Source of the DNA: an uncultured Planctomycetales bacterium
GTDB lineage: Bacteria; Omnitrophota; Gorgyraeia; Gygaellales; Profunditerraquicolaceae
Assembly (NCBI GenBank): GCA_964427405.1
Contig: CAYRUB010000009.1
Coordinates: forward strand, 5,129 to 69,128
Length of the DNA: 64,000 nucleotides
Reading direction: 5' to 3'
This document shows, piece after piece, positions 8,901-19,845 of this stretch. The notes below the pieces were generated by a model. That model was not told where the DNA came from and ran no database searches. It saw only the letters and a list, made by a program, of their open reading frames with translations. The position numbers and the translations under genes were made by a program. Position 1 is the stretch's first letter; every line of letters begins with the position of its first letter.

Positions 8901-10172
8901 ATGCGCATATTGGTGATTGGCTCAGGCGGGAGAGAGCACGCATTGGTCTGGAAAATCGCTCAATCAGAGCTTGTGGATAAGGTCTTTTGCGCTCCGGGCA
9001 ATGGCGGTATCGCTCACTTGGCAGAGTGCATTGATATAAAAGCGGATGATGTTTTTGGTTTGTTGGAATTTTCCCGAAAAGAAAAAATTGACCTCACTGT
9101 GGTGGGGCCGGAGGTGGCTTTGTCTTTGGGTATTGCGGATGAATTTATAAAAGCCGGATTAAAGATATTCGGCCCGAGTAAGAAAGCCGCCAATTTAGAG
9201 GCAAGCAAGGTTTTTTCTAAAGAGCTGATGGCTAAGTATAAAGTTCCTACCGCGGATTTTAAAGTTTTTGATGATCCGGAAGCGGCAAAAGAATATATCG
9301 AGAAGATTGGCGCTCCCTGTGTAGTTAAGGCAGATGGTTTGGCTGCAGGTAAAGGGGTGGTCGTGGCGAAAACCGTTAAAGAGGCAAAAGATGCCGTGAC
9401 TTCCATAATGCAGGATAAGATTTTTGGTGATGCCGGGAACAAAATAATTATTGAGGAGTGCCTTTTCGGGCAGGAGGCCTCAATTCTAGTAATTACAGAT
9501 TCAGAAAATGTGGTAGCTTTGGCTTCTGCTCAGGATCATAAGAGAATATTTGATAATGACCAGGGCGCAAATACCGGTGGCATGGGCGCTTATTCGCCTG
9601 CTTCAATAGTTACCGCGGATATTTTAGTTGAGGTTATGGAAAAGATAATTTATCGCACTATTGACGGTTTGGCCAAAGAGGGGATCGGCTATCGGGGGGT
9701 ATTATATGCTGGCGTAATGCTAACTAAGGATGGCCCAAAAGCCCTGGAGTTTAATGTACGCTTTGGCGATCCGGAAACAGAGGCAATCCTGCCCCGGTTA
9801 AAATCGGATTTAGTGGAAGTAATGCTGGCAACTGCTGAGGGTGAGCTGATTAAGATAAAGAATTTGTCTTGGGATAGCCGCGCCTGCGTATGCGTGGTTT
9901 GCGCATCGGGTGGTTATCCGGGAAATTATGCTAGAGATAAAGAAATCAGCGGGTTGGATGCTGCGGAAAAATCAAAAGATATCGTGGTTTTTCACGCCGG
10001 TACTAAAAAAGTGGGAGATAAAATATTGACTAGCGGCGGCAGGGTCCTGGGAGTAACCGGATTAGGTGCCACAATTAATGATGCCATAAATAAAACATAT
10101 GAAGCGGTAAGTAAAATTAATTTTGAGGGTATGCATTTTCGTCGGGATATCGGTTCTAAGGCTTTAGAATAG
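8901..10172 (+). CDS. purD: Phosphoribosylamine-glycine ligase PurD
   Basis: MRILVIGSGGREHAL N-terminus, an ATP-grasp core and the typical C-terminal domain. Confidence 0.9.
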   Translation: MRILVIGSGGREHALVWKIAQSELVDKVFCAPGNGGIAHLAECIDIKADDVFGLLEFSRKEKIDLTVVGPEVALSLGIADEFIKAGLKIFGPSKKAANLEASKVFSKELMAKYKVPTADFKVFDDPEAAKEYIEKIGAPCVVKADGLAAGKGVVVAKTVKEAKDAVTSIMQDKIFGDAGNKIIIEECLFGQEASILVITDSENVVALASAQDHKRIFDNDQGANTGGMGAYSPASIVTADILVEVMEKIIYRTIDGLAKEGIGYRGVLYAGVMLTKDGPKALEFNVRFGDPETEAILPRLKSDLVEVMLATAEGELIKIKNLSWDSRACVCVVCASGGYPGNYARDKEISGLDAAEKSKDIVVFHAGTKKVGDKILTSGGRVLGVTGLGATINDAINKTYEAVSKINFEGMHFRRDIGSKALE

Positions 10173-10177
10173 GTCGG

Positions 10178-10207
10178 CACCCCGCGCTAATAGGAATTGC
10201 GCGGGTG
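10178..10207 (+). terminator. Hairpin caccccgcgc-taataggaatt-gcgcgggtg, followed by a T-rich tract, downstream of purD
   Basis: 9-10-bp GC stem seen directly, followed by ttgtctatg. Confidence 0.35.
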
Positions 10208-10232
10208 TTGTCTATGTAGACAAGGAGGCAAC

Positions 10233-10715
10233 ATGGCAAAAATCAGTATACTTATGGGAAGCCAGTCAGATTTAGAGACAGTAAGCGAGGCAGTTAATGT
10301 GTTAAAGAAATTTAAGGCGGATTTTGAAGTCAGGGTTTTGTCCGCGCACAGGACGCCTAAAGAGGTGGCTCAATATGTGGAGGCGGCTCCGAAAAAAGGG
10401 ACAAAAGTTTTTATTGCTGCCGCGGGGATGTCCGCGGCTTTAGCCGGGGTAGTTGCCAGTCATACTACTTTGCCGGTTATTGGCATACCTATTGAAACAA
10501 AAAATTTAAAAGGACTGGATTCTCTTTTATCGACTGTGCAGATGCCTCCGGGAATTCCGGTTGCCTGTATGTCCATAGGAAAATCCGGGGCAAAAAATGC
10601 CGCGCTTTTTGCTTTGGAGATACTGGGCTTAAGCGATGCTAAAATTACTGCCAAGTTGGTTAATTATAAAAAACAGATGTGCCTTAAAATTAAGCAGACA
10701 AAAATTAAGGTATGA
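10233..10715 (+). CDS. purE: N5-carboxyaminoimidazole ribonucleotide mutase PurE
   Basis: MAKISILMGSQSDL, AHRTP and GMSAALAG motifs. AAGGAGG RBS. The six-frame ORF extends upstream to 10197, but the ATG at 10233 is preferred. Confidence 0.85.
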   Translation: MAKISILMGSQSDLETVSEAVNVLKKFKADFEVRVLSAHRTPKEVAQYVEAAPKKGTKVFIAAAGMSAALAGVVASHTTLPVIGIPIETKNLKGLDSLLSTVQMPPGIPVACMSIGKSGAKNAALFALEILGLSDAKITAKLVNYKKQMCLKIKQTKIKV

Positions 10716-11770
10716 GCTTGACAAAAATAATAAAAATAAATCCGTCGGCGCCTGAAGAAGAATATATTAATCAGGCAGCTAAGCTTATTGCCGCAGGCGG
10801 GCTGGTAATTATTCCAACAGAGACAGTTTATGGCATTGCGGCTGATGCCTTGAATAAAAAAGCGCTGGATAAACTTTATGAAATTAAAAAGAGGCCTAAA
10901 GACAAGCCTTTTGCCATACTTATTGCGGATAAATTTAAAGTTGAAGAGTTTGCCTGCGATATACCTATAGCTGCTTATAAAATGATGCATAAATTTTGGC
11001 CGGGACCGCTGACAATTTTATTGAAAGCAGCAAGCGGTGGCAAGGTGGGTTTGCGTATGCCGGACAACCGGGTTGCTTTAAGGATTATTGAGCAGGCGCA
11101 TGTTCCGGTAGCATGTCCTTCCGCTAATATCGCGGATAGCCCTGCGCCGGCTGATTTTGCGCAGGCAATTAAAGATATGGATGGCCTGGTGGATTTGGCT
11201 ATTGACGCAGGAGAAGCCAAGTTAGGGGTGGAGTCCACTATCGTGGATTTAAGTGTTGAGCCATTAAAAATAATCAGAAGCGGCTCGATAAAAGATGAGG
11301 CGATAAACGCGGTTGTAAAAGGCAAGGCCGTGCTTTTTGTTTGCACGGGAAACTCCTGCCGTTCGGTTATGGCCGAGGCGTATTTAAAAAAGCTTCTGGA
11401 AAAACAGAAAAGGACTGATGTTGAGGTGATTTCAGCAGGGATAATGGTCGCCGGCCTGGGCGCAAGCACAGGAACTCAGGAGGTGCTGAATAATGAAGGC
11501 ATTGATGTGAGTTTACACCGTTCGCAGAGAGTGACCAAGGAGATGGCGGATAGATCGGATATTATACTGGTGATGGAAGCAATGCATGAGAGCAGTGTTC
11601 TGCAGCTTGCCCCGGAAGCGAAAAACAGGCTTTTTTTATTAAAAGAATTTGCTAAAATGGATGACAGTAATTTAGATATTATCGATCCCGCAGGAGGGTC
11701 GTTTGAGTTTTACGAGGATACTTTTCGTACAATTAAGGATGCAGTAGAAAGGATAAGCAAGATTATATGA
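10712..11770 (+). CDS. tsaC: Fusion of a Sua5/YrdC/YwlC-type L-threonylcarbamoyladenylate synthase (TsaC) with a C-terminal low-molecular-weight protein tyrosine/arginine phosphatase domain
   Basis: N-terminal half has the YrdC fold motifs (IIPTETVYGIAADA, KKRPKDKPFAILI). C-terminal half has the LMW-PTP P-loop VLFVCTGNSCRS (CX5R). Confidence 0.75.
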   Translation: MSLTKIIKINPSAPEEEYINQAAKLIAAGGLVIIPTETVYGIAADALNKKALDKLYEIKKRPKDKPFAILIADKFKVEEFACDIPIAAYKMMHKFWPGPLTILLKAASGGKVGLRMPDNRVALRIIEQAHVPVACPSANIADSPAPADFAQAIKDMDGLVDLAIDAGEAKLGVESTIVDLSVEPLKIIRSGSIKDEAINAVVKGKAVLFVCTGNSCRSVMAEAYLKKLLEKQKRTDVEVISAGIMVAGLGASTGTQEVLNNEGIDVSLHRSQRVTKEMADRSDIILVMEAMHESSVLQLAPEAKNRLFLLKEFAKMDDSNLDIIDPAGGSFEFYEDTFRTIKDAVERISKII

Positions 11771-12228
11771 GCAAGCTATCGATTGCTTCTGATCACGCCG
11801 GGTTTGTATTAAAAGAGGAATTAAAGGAGTACCTTGATAAAAAGGGGATTGCTGTAAAAGATTTAGGTACTTATTCGAAGGAGCGTTGCGATTATCCTGA
11901 ATACGCTTATAATTTAGCCAAAAGCGTTGCTTCGGGTGAATATAAGCGCGGGATACTTGTTTGTAAAAGCGGTATAGGTGATTCTATTGTTGCCAACAAA
12001 GTTCCTGGCGTGCGCGCCGCGCTTTGCTATAATCTTAAGGCAGCTAAACTTAGCCGCCAGCATAACGACAGCAATGTTTTGGTTTTGGGGTCGGCATTTG
12101 TGAAAGCGGATTTAGCCAAGAGGATGATTAGTCTCTGGTTAAATACAAAATTTTTGGGGGGAAGGCACCTAAGGAGAGTAAAACAAATTAACGAGATTGA
12201 GCAAAAGATAAGGAGATCTGCCAAGTGA
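11767..12228 (+). CDS. rpiB: Ribose-5-phosphate isomerase B
   Basis: RpiB/LacA/LacB family motifs ([16 protein letters not shown]). Confidence 0.85.
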   Translation: MSKLSIASDHAGFVLKEELKEYLDKKGIAVKDLGTYSKERCDYPEYAYNLAKSVASGEYKRGILVCKSGIGDSIVANKVPGVRAALCYNLKAAKLSRQHNDSNVLVLGSAFVKADLAKRMISLWLNTKFLGGRHLRRVKQINEIEQKIRRSAK

Positions 12229-13472
12229 AACATCTAAAACAAATTGACCCGGAGATTTACGCAGCGATTAAGCAGGAAATGAAACGTCAGGATGAGAATC
12301 TGGAGTTGATTGCTTCGGAGAACTTCGCTTCTTTGGGGGTTTTAGAGGCCCAAGGCTCTGTGTTAACTAATAAATACGCCGAAGGCTATCCCGGTAAACG
12401 CTGGTATGGCGGTTGCGAATATGTTGATATCGCCGAGAGCCTGGCAATTGAGCGGGCCAAAGCGATATTCGGGGCAGAGCATGTAAATGTCCAGCCGCAT
12501 TCCGGTTCTCAGGCGAATATGGCGGTTTATTTCGCGGCGGTAAAACCGGGGGATACGGTTTTGGCGATGGATTTATCTGCCGGTGGGCATCTTACTCACG
12601 GCCATCCGCATAATTTTTCCGGCAGGTTCTTTAAAATGGTTGGATACGGTGTGGATAAAAAAACCGAGGCCTTAGATTATGACGCTATCGCAGAATTGGC
12701 TAAGATACATAAGCCAAAAATGATCCTTGCAGGCGCTTCAGCGTATCCGAGGACAATTGATTTTAAAAGATTCCGGGAGATCGCTGATAGCGTGGGAGCG
12801 TATTTGTTTGTGGATATGGCGCATATCGCAGGGCTGGTTGCTGCCGGTATACATCCATCGCCTGTACCTTACGCGGAGTTTGTTACTTCTACGACACATA
12901 AGACTTTACGCGGTCCGCGCGGAGGGTTTATCCTTTGTAAACAAGAGTTTGCCAAGAAAATTGACAGCCAGATTTTTCCCGGAATTCAGGGCGGGCCGTT
13001 AATGCATGTGATTGCAGCTAAGGCTGTGGCATTTCACGAAGCGATGCAGCCGGAGTTTAAGCAATACCAGATTCAGCTGACTAAAAACTGTAAGGAGCTG
13101 GCAGCTGCTTTAGAGAAAAAAGGTTTCCGTATAGTCTCAGGAGGTACAGATACACATTTGATGCTGGTGGATTTAAACGCCAAAGATGTTACCGGTTCTG
13201 ATGCCTCAAAGATTTTAGGGGAGGTTAATATTACAGTAAATAAAAACCTCATTCCTTTTGACCAGAAGAGCCCGCTGGTTACCAGCGGTATCCGCCTGGG
13301 GACTGCGGCAATAAGCACGCGTAAAATGAAAGAGGCAGAGATGCGGGAGATTGCCCGCCTGATTAATGAGGCGCTGGAGAATAAAACTGATATAGTTAAA
13401 TTATCTAAAATCAAAGAGGAGACAATCGCTTTAGCGAGAAAGTTTCCGCTATACCCGGAGTTGTTAAAATAA
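12225..13472 (+). CDS. glyA: Serine hydroxymethyltransferase
   Basis: SHMT motifs ([21 protein letters not shown]). Confidence 0.9.
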   Translation: MKHLKQIDPEIYAAIKQEMKRQDENLELIASENFASLGVLEAQGSVLTNKYAEGYPGKRWYGGCEYVDIAESLAIERAKAIFGAEHVNVQPHSGSQANMAVYFAAVKPGDTVLAMDLSAGGHLTHGHPHNFSGRFFKMVGYGVDKKTEALDYDAIAELAKIHKPKMILAGASAYPRTIDFKRFREIADSVGAYLFVDMAHIAGLVAAGIHPSPVPYAEFVTSTTHKTLRGPRGGFILCKQEFAKKIDSQIFPGIQGGPLMHVIAAKAVAFHEAMQPEFKQYQIQLTKNCKELAAALEKKGFRIVSGGTDTHLMLVDLNAKDVTGSDASKILGEVNITVNKNLIPFDQKSPLVTSGIRLGTAAISTRKMKEAEMREIARLINEALENKTDIVKLSKIKEETIALARKFPLYPELLK

Positions 13473-13473
13473 T

Positions 13474-13935
13474 ATGAAAAAGAAAACTATTTCGCATCGC
13501 CGTCCGAGCTGGGATGAATATTTTTTGGAGATGTCAGCCCTGGTTGCTAAAAGATCCACCTGTTTACGCCGCAGGGTCGGGGCGGTAATCGTGAAAGAAA
13601 AAAGGATCCTGGCTACCGGTTATAACGGAGCTCCAAGCGGTTTAAAGCACTGCGTTGAAATCGGCTGTATACGCCAGCAGTTGAAGATTCCTTCGGGAGA
13701 ACGCCATGAATTATGCCGCGCCTTGCATGCGGAGCAGAACGCGCTTATCCAGGCATGCCTGCACGGAATAAGCGTTAAAGACGCCACCCTTTATGCCACT
13801 AATCAGCCGTGCGTTATCTGCGCCAAAATGTTGATTAACGCCGGGATAAAGGAGATTGTAATTGCCGATGGCTATCCGGATAAGATGGCGATGAGTTTCT
13901 TGAAACAGGCAAAGATAAAAATAAGGAAGATATGA
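13474..13935 (+). CDS. dCMP deaminase (ComEB-type)
   Basis: HAEQNAL and [14 protein letters not shown] zinc-binding motifs. Size about 150 aa. Confidence 0.75.
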   Translation: MKKKTISHRRPSWDEYFLEMSALVAKRSTCLRRRVGAVIVKEKRILATGYNGAPSGLKHCVEIGCIRQQLKIPSGERHELCRALHAEQNALIQACLHGISVKDATLYATNQPCVICAKMLINAGIKEIVIADGYPDKMAMSFLKQAKIKIRKI

Positions 13936-14399
13936 AGTGTCCGTTTTGCGGATATAAAGAAGATAAGGTAGTTGACTCCCGCGCTACAGCCGAAGAGTCG
14001 GCAGTCAGGCGTAGAAGGGAGTGTTTAAAGTGCGGTAAGCGTTTTACTACTTATGAATATATTGAAGAGGTTTCTCTGTTGGTAATTAAGAAGGATGGCC
14101 GCAGGGAAGCTTTCGACCGAAAGAAGATTTTAGCCGGTATAATTCGCGCCTGCGAAAAGCGGCCGGTAAGTGTGGAGAAGATGGAGAATGTGGTTGTCCA
14201 GGTTGAGCATTCCATCCAGAAGAAAAGCGACCGCGAGGTTTTGTCCAGCAGGATAGGCGAGCTGGTTATGGAGCGGCTTAAGCTGATTGATGATGTTGCT
14301 TATGTGCGTTTTGCATCGGTATACCGGCAGTTTAAGGATGTGGGGCAGTTTATGGTTGAGCTTAGAGATATTTTAGGCAAAGACAAAAAGAAGAAATAA
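13932..14399 (+). CDS. nrdR: Transcriptional repressor NrdR
   Basis: MKCPFCG...[12 protein letters not shown] zinc ribbon plus an ATP-cone. Confidence 0.9.
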   Translation: MKCPFCGYKEDKVVDSRATAEESAVRRRRECLKCGKRFTTYEYIEEVSLLVIKKDGRREAFDRKKILAGIIRACEKRPVSVEKMENVVVQVEHSIQKKSDREVLSSRIGELVMERLKLIDDVAYVRFASVYRQFKDVGQFMVELRDILGKDKKKK

Positions 14400-14400
14400 G

Positions 14401-14492
14401 GTTGGCAGGTCCTGCCTGCCGAGCCACCTCGCTGTGCTCAGCTTTCGCTTGCGCGCAGCAAGGGCTTCGGCTCGACAGTCACCCGCCAACTG
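14401..14492 (+). repeat. GC-rich palindromic intergenic element. Contains the hairpin ggcaggtcctgcctgcc and, at 14469-14492, a copy of the short motif (ggctcgacagtcacccgccaactg).
   Basis: Inverted ends ggttggc...gccaac. Motif alignment with 33429-33473. Confidence 0.4.
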
Positions 14493-14534
14493 TAAGATTT
14501 TTATCCTTGCCAAATTAAACATACGGGAGAAGCA

Positions 14535-14948
14535 ATGGTTGAGATGGAGTTGAGTAAGATTGTTATTGATGAAAAGCGGCATGACCAGTTGATTGTTTTA
14601 AAAGAAAAAGGCGGCACAAGAGTTCTGCCGATCGTCATCGGTTTAAATGAGGCTTCGGCCATAAAATTAAAGATCAGCGGTTTTAACCCTCCGCGTCCGT
14701 TGACCCATGACTTAATTTATATAATGCTTAAAGATTTAAACGCCAGCGTGGAGAAGATTATTATCGATAAGCTGGAGGAGACTACGTTTCATGCCAAAAT
14801 TGTCATTAAAGCCGGAAGCGGTGATTTGAAAATTATTGACGCCCGTCCGTCGGATAGCGTGGCTCTGGCGGTGAGGTTTCATGCGCCGATATTTGTAGAA
14901 GAGGCGATTGTTAAGCAGTTTGAAGTATTTGATAAGGATAAACAGTAA
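14535..14948 (+). CDS. Bifunctional nuclease (BFN/DUF151) family protein
   Basis: PRPLTHDL and DARPSDSVALA motifs typical of the DUF151 family. Confidence 0.7.
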   Translation: MVEMELSKIVIDEKRHDQLIVLKEKGGTRVLPIVIGLNEASAIKLKISGFNPPRPLTHDLIYIMLKDLNASVEKIIIDKLEETTFHAKIVIKAGSGDLKIIDARPSDSVALAVRFHAPIFVEEAIVKQFEVFDKDKQ

Positions 14949-14974
14949 GAATCCCGCCTTAAGGTGTAACACTT

Positions 14975-16420
14975 ATGCTCAAGCTCAACGAAAACGATAT
15001 AGGTATCCTAAAGCCGGTTTATAATTTCGCTAAATCCAAAAAAGTAAAATTATACCTTGTAGGCGGAGCACTGCGTGATTTAATTTTAAACCGCAAAAAA
15101 GATAACCCGGATTTTGATTTTTGCCTGAAGTGCGGGGCAATAAATTTTGGCCGTAAATTATCCAAACAATTAAGGTGCGGATTTGTGGTTTTGGATGAGG
15201 AGCATGCCGCATGCCGTTTAGTTAAAGAAATCGGCGGTAAGGTTTATACCTTTGATTTTACGGATTTTCGCGCCGCAACTTTAGAGAAAGATCTTCTGCA
15301 CCGGGATTTCACTATAAACTCTATGGCGGTGAAGTTCGAGGATGTTTTTGACGACAAAGACTTAAGCGCACTAATTGTTGATCCTTATTCCGGAAGGGTT
15401 GACCTTAAAGGTAAAATTATCCGGGTTAGCGGAAAGAATTCTTTTAAAGAAGACCCGTTAAGGATTTTACGCGCATTTAGCTTTAGCTGCATGCTTGGCT
15501 TTAACCTGGATAAAGAAACATTGCGCCTGGCAAAGAAAGAAAAACACCTAATCAGCGAAGTTTCAAGCGAGCGTATCCGTGAAGAGCTGTTTAAGATCTT
15601 TGACAGCCGCACAGCCTATACTTCTTTAGTCGCTTTGGATAAACTAAAGATTTTAGAGATTATTTTTCCTGAGATAAAACCCATGCGCGGGATAGGCCAG
15701 GGGCCGTATCATCACCTGGATGTCTGGCAGCATACCTTAGAGACATTAAATCAATTTGAATTATTGTTACAGGCGGTAAGGCAAGATCTTGAGATAAACG
15801 GTTATCTTAGCCAAGAGCTTTCAAGTTTGCGCAAAAGATCCAGCCTTTTAAAGCTTGCTTGTATCCTGCATGACGTAGGAAAGCCCGCGGCCATGCGCAA
15901 GGAAAAAAGAAAGATTATTTTTCATGGCCATGAAAGGATAGGTTTGGGGCTGGCGCGTGTAATTTGCCGCAGGTTAAAATTAGCCAATGATGAAACACGT
16001 TCCCTGGAAAGGATTGTGCTCTGGCATTTAAGGCCGGGGTATCTGGCGAATAACGGCAGGCCTACTGAACGGGCGATCTTCCGTTATTTCCGCGATGCCG
16101 GTAGTGACGCCCTGGCAGTACTTTTATTATCTCTTGCTGATCAGCGTGCCACTAAAGGGCCGTTAACCACGGCGCTTTCCCGTGTAAGACATGAGAAAAC
16201 AGTTAAGGTGTTAATCCACAGGCTTCTAAATCAGAATAGAGAAAAGAAGCCCGCGCCATTTTTAAACGGCAATCATATTATGCGTAAATTTAAACTTGCG
16301 CCCGGGCCCCTGATTGGGAAGGTACTTTTAGGCCTGGAAGAAGCTCAGGCCATCGGCAAGATTAAAAATAAAAAAGAGGCCTTTAGATTAGCGGCTATCT
16401 TAATTAAACGCAAGAGATGA
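14975..16420 (+). CDS. cca: CCA-adding tRNA nucleotidyltransferase / poly(A) polymerase family with a C-terminal HD domain
   Basis: GGALRD nucleotidyltransferase motif. HD motif ILHDVGKP. Confidence 0.75.
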   Translation: MLKLNENDIGILKPVYNFAKSKKVKLYLVGGALRDLILNRKKDNPDFDFCLKCGAINFGRKLSKQLRCGFVVLDEEHAACRLVKEIGGKVYTFDFTDFRAATLEKDLLHRDFTINSMAVKFEDVFDDKDLSALIVDPYSGRVDLKGKIIRVSGKNSFKEDPLRILRAFSFSCMLGFNLDKETLRLAKKEKHLISEVSSERIREELFKIFDSRTAYTSLVALDKLKILEIIFPEIKPMRGIGQGPYHHLDVWQHTLETLNQFELLLQAVRQDLEINGYLSQELSSLRKRSSLLKLACILHDVGKPAAMRKEKRKIIFHGHERIGLGLARVICRRLKLANDETRSLERIVLWHLRPGYLANNGRPTERAIFRYFRDAGSDALAVLLLSLADQRATKGPLTTALSRVRHEKTVKVLIHRLLNQNREKKPAPFLNGNHIMRKFKLAPGPLIGKVLLGLEEAQAIGKIKNKKEAFRLAAILIKRKR

Positions 16421-18891
16421 AGAAATTCCTGATAATTACGGCATTCCTGGTTTTAATAGTCTTCTGCGCATTAATATATTTGAATAAGTTTTTCCTGCCC
16501 GGTAAGATAAAATCCATTATCGTCTCAAGCCTTGCTCAACAAACCCGTAAGAATGTTACCCTGGGGTCCTTAGAATTTAATATATTCAAAGGGCTGGTTT
16601 TGCACGAGCTGGTTATTTCCGATAATCAAAATGTAATTTTAAGCACCAGGGAAGCAAGCTGCGCGGTTTTTATCCTGCCTATCTTTAAGAAGCAGATTAT
16701 TATCCCCAGTATAAATTTAAAAGGGCCGTATATTTTCTTAGAGCGCCTGAAAGACGGCACCTTTAATCTTCAGGATATTTTTGCCTCTCGTCCAGCGGTT
16801 GTAAATATTCCGCATGCCAAAGAATCTAAATCAAAGAAATCTGAATTTAGCGTATCCGTTTATAAAATAAATATTTCTTCCGGAAGCATTGTTTTTCAGG
16901 ATGATACTTTGGCCGTCCAATTTAAAAAAGAGGTAAGGAATATCCAGCTTAGTTTAGGGCTGGCTTTGCCTGCGGCGCTTAAATTTAATTTTAAAGGGGA
17001 GCTTTCTAATAATCCGCCTACCTTTATTTATAGCTGGGGAGAATACAAGATTTTAAAACAGGAGCTGGCTGCTAATTTGTCGGTAAATAATTTGCTGCCC
17101 AGGGACTTTGAAGCCTATTACGCCAGCCTCGGGATTAATTTGGTTTCAGGTTCAGCCGACGGCAAAGCTAAGTTAAGCCTTAAGGATCAGCTTCTGCATA
17201 TTGAGGCATCTGTGAAGGCTGCCAAACTGGTTTTGGCCAAGGAGAAGGTTAAGGCCAGCCTGAATTTGGCCTTAGAAAGCAAAGTTAATTATAACCTGCA
17301 AACAAAAAAGTTTTCTTTTGACGGCGCTTGCGATATCCAGAATGCCGATATATCCGGTTTGGATTTCTTCGGAGAACTGAAAAACTTTTACGGCAAGGTT
17401 GTTTTTAATGAACGCTCTTTGGTGGCGCAGGGCCTGAAGGCGGAAATTTTGGGCATGCCGTTTGAGGTTAATTTGGGTGTTAAGGATTTCAGCACTCTGG
17501 CGTTAAACATAAACACCAGTTTAAGTTTAAGCTTCCTTCCGGCTATCGCAAAAGAGAAGTTTAATTTTTCGCAAGTAAGCTCTGCGCTTGGCAAGGCGGA
17601 TTTATTTATAAAACTGCATCCTGACGGAAAAGGCGGCTGGGTAATACAGGGCAAAGCGGATATTATGGGCGCGGGTTTTAAATTAGCGAAGCAGGATGAG
17701 CCGGTTGAGAATATTTCCGCAACCCTTGAATTCAGCCAGCAGGGTTTTAGCTGGTCAGATACAAAATTCAAATACCAGGGCATGGATTATCAGAGCAGCG
17801 GAGAGCTCTCTGATTTTTCCGCTCCCGGCATAAAGCTGCAATTATCTTCCCGTGATATATCTTTAGTCAGTGCCTTTAATATTACGGACAAGAAGATTAA
17901 GATTATCCAGGCTAAAGTCAAGTATCTTGATTCGCAGTTTTTAATCAGCGGGGATATTGATAATTCGGATCCTGCCAGGCCGCAGGCAGATGTTAGCGGA
18001 AAGATAAACCTGGAGCTGGGGGATTTAGATAAGGCGCTGGCCCAAAAATATCCTTTCATAAAGAATTTGCAGCTAAAGGGCCAATTGGAAACAAAATTTA
18101 CTTTTAACGGTCCGGTTTATGATTTTAAGAATTGCTTGATCCAGGCAAGGAGCTCAAGCGGCAATCTTTCTTTGTATGGGTTAAACAGCCGGGATTTTCT
18201 GCTGGATTATCTGCAGGAGGGTAAAATAGCCAAGGTAGTTTCAATGCGCGCTGCCTTTTATGACGGTTTAATTAACGGGACTGCTTCGCTTAATCTCGAT
18301 TCTCTTAATTTGCCGTATCATATAGAGCTGCAGGCAGACGGAGTTAAGCTGGAGAAACTAAAGCTGGATACATTATCTAAAAACAAAAATATCTCCGGGA
18401 CATTCCAGGGAGAAGTCAGGATCAATGGTTTTTCCGGAGATTTAAATAAACTTAGCGGGGCGGGTAACTTTTCTGTCAAAGAGGGGAGGCTCTGGGAATT
18501 GAATTTACTCCAGGGTATGGGCAAGCTGCTGTTTGCTAAGAATTTGGGTAGTATCGAACTTTCAGAATGCGTTTGTGCTTTTTTAATAAAAGACAATTTT
18601 GCTTATACGGATAACCTGAGATTGAAAAGTAATGTTGCCGAGCTTTCCGGCCCGTTAAAAATAGGCTTTAATGGTTCCTTGGAAGGTGCTTTAGATGTGG
18701 ATATTATAAGCGAAATGGTTCCATTAAGCGGAACATTAAAGGATGTTACTACTGCTTTTATGGGCCAGGTGGGTAAAATCGGCGTAATTAAATTGAGCGG
18801 GACGCTCCGTGAGCCGAAATATGGTTTTAAACCGGCGGTAACTAATATTATTAAGGGGCTTACTGATGTGCTTTTTGGTAGAAATCCTTGA
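16417..18891 (+). CDS. AsmA-family outer-membrane assembly protein
   Basis: N-terminal TM anchor. Long beta-rich periplasmic region with an AsmA/TamB-like repetitive pattern. Confidence 0.6.
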   Translation: MKKFLIITAFLVLIVFCALIYLNKFFLPGKIKSIIVSSLAQQTRKNVTLGSLEFNIFKGLVLHELVISDNQNVILSTREASCAVFILPIFKKQIIIPSINLKGPYIFLERLKDGTFNLQDIFASRPAVVNIPHAKESKSKKSEFSVSVYKINISSGSIVFQDDTLAVQFKKEVRNIQLSLGLALPAALKFNFKGELSNNPPTFIYSWGEYKILKQELAANLSVNNLLPRDFEAYYASLGINLVSGSADGKAKLSLKDQLLHIEASVKAAKLVLAKEKVKASLNLALESKVNYNLQTKKFSFDGACDIQNADISGLDFFGELKNFYGKVVFNERSLVAQGLKAEILGMPFEVNLGVKDFSTLALNINTSLSLSFLPAIAKEKFNFSQVSSALGKADLFIKLHPDGKGGWVIQGKADIMGAGFKLAKQDEPVENISATLEFSQQGFSWSDTKFKYQGMDYQSSGELSDFSAPGIKLQLSSRDISLVSAFNITDKKIKIIQAKVKYLDSQFLISGDIDNSDPARPQADVSGKINLELGDLDKALAQKYPFIKNLQLKGQLETKFTFNGPVYDFKNCLIQARSSSGNLSLYGLNSRDFLLDYLQEGKIAKVVSMRAAFYDGLINGTASLNLDSLNLPYHIELQADGVKLEKLKLDTLSKNKNISGTFQGEVRINGFSGDLNKLSGAGNFSVKEGRLWELNLLQGMGKLLFAKNLGSIELSECVCAFLIKDNFAYTDNLRLKSNVAELSGPLKIGFNGSLEGALDVDIISEMVPLSGTLKDVTTAFMGQVGKIGVIKLSGTLREPKYGFKPAVTNIIKGLTDVLFGRNP

Positions 18892-18912
18892 TATCTAGGG
18901 AGGGGAATTTAA

Positions 18913-19845
18913 GTGCAAATGCAAAGATTTAAACCAGTATTGTTTATCTTGTTTATTGTTTTATTTGGCTGGATTTATTGTTTAGGTGCGGATACAGAAA
19001 CCGTAGCTGTTCCAGTAAATCCCGAATATCGCCAGGAGCTCGGGCATGTTGTAACAATAAAAGAAGATGAGTTTCTTTGGGAGTTGGACACCTATGCGCG
19101 TTATCTGCCTTCCCGTGGCGCCTACGCTCAATCGGGTAAGGTGGCAATTGTGGATTCGGCTTCTGAACTTAGTTATGATGCGAAACTCTTTGGAGAATTA
19201 CCGGTTGAATTTGCTATTGGTTCCAGGTATATCGGGATAAATAATACAACCAGCGTAAAGCTTCCGTCGCACTTAACCCAGGTATCTTTCGGCGCTGAAA
19301 CTACCCTGCCTTTCTTTTTTGATAAAACATATTTTACCGTCGGGCTTGCGCCTACATTCTATACCGATGATTGGAATTTCAACTCTTCATCTTTTCGCAT
19401 TCCGCAGCGCTATTTCCTTATTTATCAAGCGAATCAAAAATTGGCCTTTATCTGCGGTGTAGAGGTCATTCCCGATTTTGACGATCCGGTTAGCCCGATT
19501 TTAGGTTTTATCTATCAACCTAATGACAAGCTTACCTTTAATATTACACCGAGTAAACCGGAAATCACTTATGCTTTGAACGATAAGCTTAGTTTGCTTC
19601 TTAAGGGAGATATGTCAAGTGAGGAATTTGAGGTTACTAAGGATAATATGAAGAATGTAATACTTGAATATAATGAAATGCATTTAGGAGGAGGGTTTAG
19701 GTATCAGGTGAATAAAAATATTCAAAGTTCATTTTCTACCGGATATATTTTTAATCGCTCTCTTAAATATAGGGATGATGATTTGGGTAAGGTGAGTATC
19801 AGGGATGGTGTATATACTGAATTTCGCATAGATATATCAATATGA
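18913..19845 (+). CDS. Hypothetical exported protein, possibly an outer-membrane beta-barrel
   Basis: Signal peptide. Alternating hydrophobic pattern in the C-terminal half. No domain recognised. Confidence 0.4.
   Translation: MQMQRFKPVLFILFIVLFGWIYCLGADTETVAVPVNPEYRQELGHVVTIKEDEFLWELDTYARYLPSRGAYAQSGKVAIVDSASELSYDAKLFGELPVEFAIGSRYIGINNTTSVKLPSHLTQVSFGAETTLPFFFDKTYFTVGLAPTFYTDDWNFNSSSFRIPQRYFLIYQANQKLAFICGVEVIPDFDDPVSPILGFIYQPNDKLTFNITPSKPEITYALNDKLSLLLKGDMSSEEFEVTKDNMKNVILEYNEMHLGGGFRYQVNKNIQSSFSTGYIFNRSLKYRDDDLGKVSIRDGVYTEFRIDISI

Noticed and set aside
9014-9442. Minus-strand ORFs lying entirely inside strong plus-strand genes (for example 9014..9442, 10975..11469, 22080..22568, 53901..54722, 53692..54096, 46486..46887)
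   Set aside because: Each overlaps, in antisense, a confidently identified conserved plus-strand gene (purD, tsaC, protease, kdsD/kdsA, GT4). Their products have low complexity with no recognisable motifs. They are typical antisense shadow ORFs.
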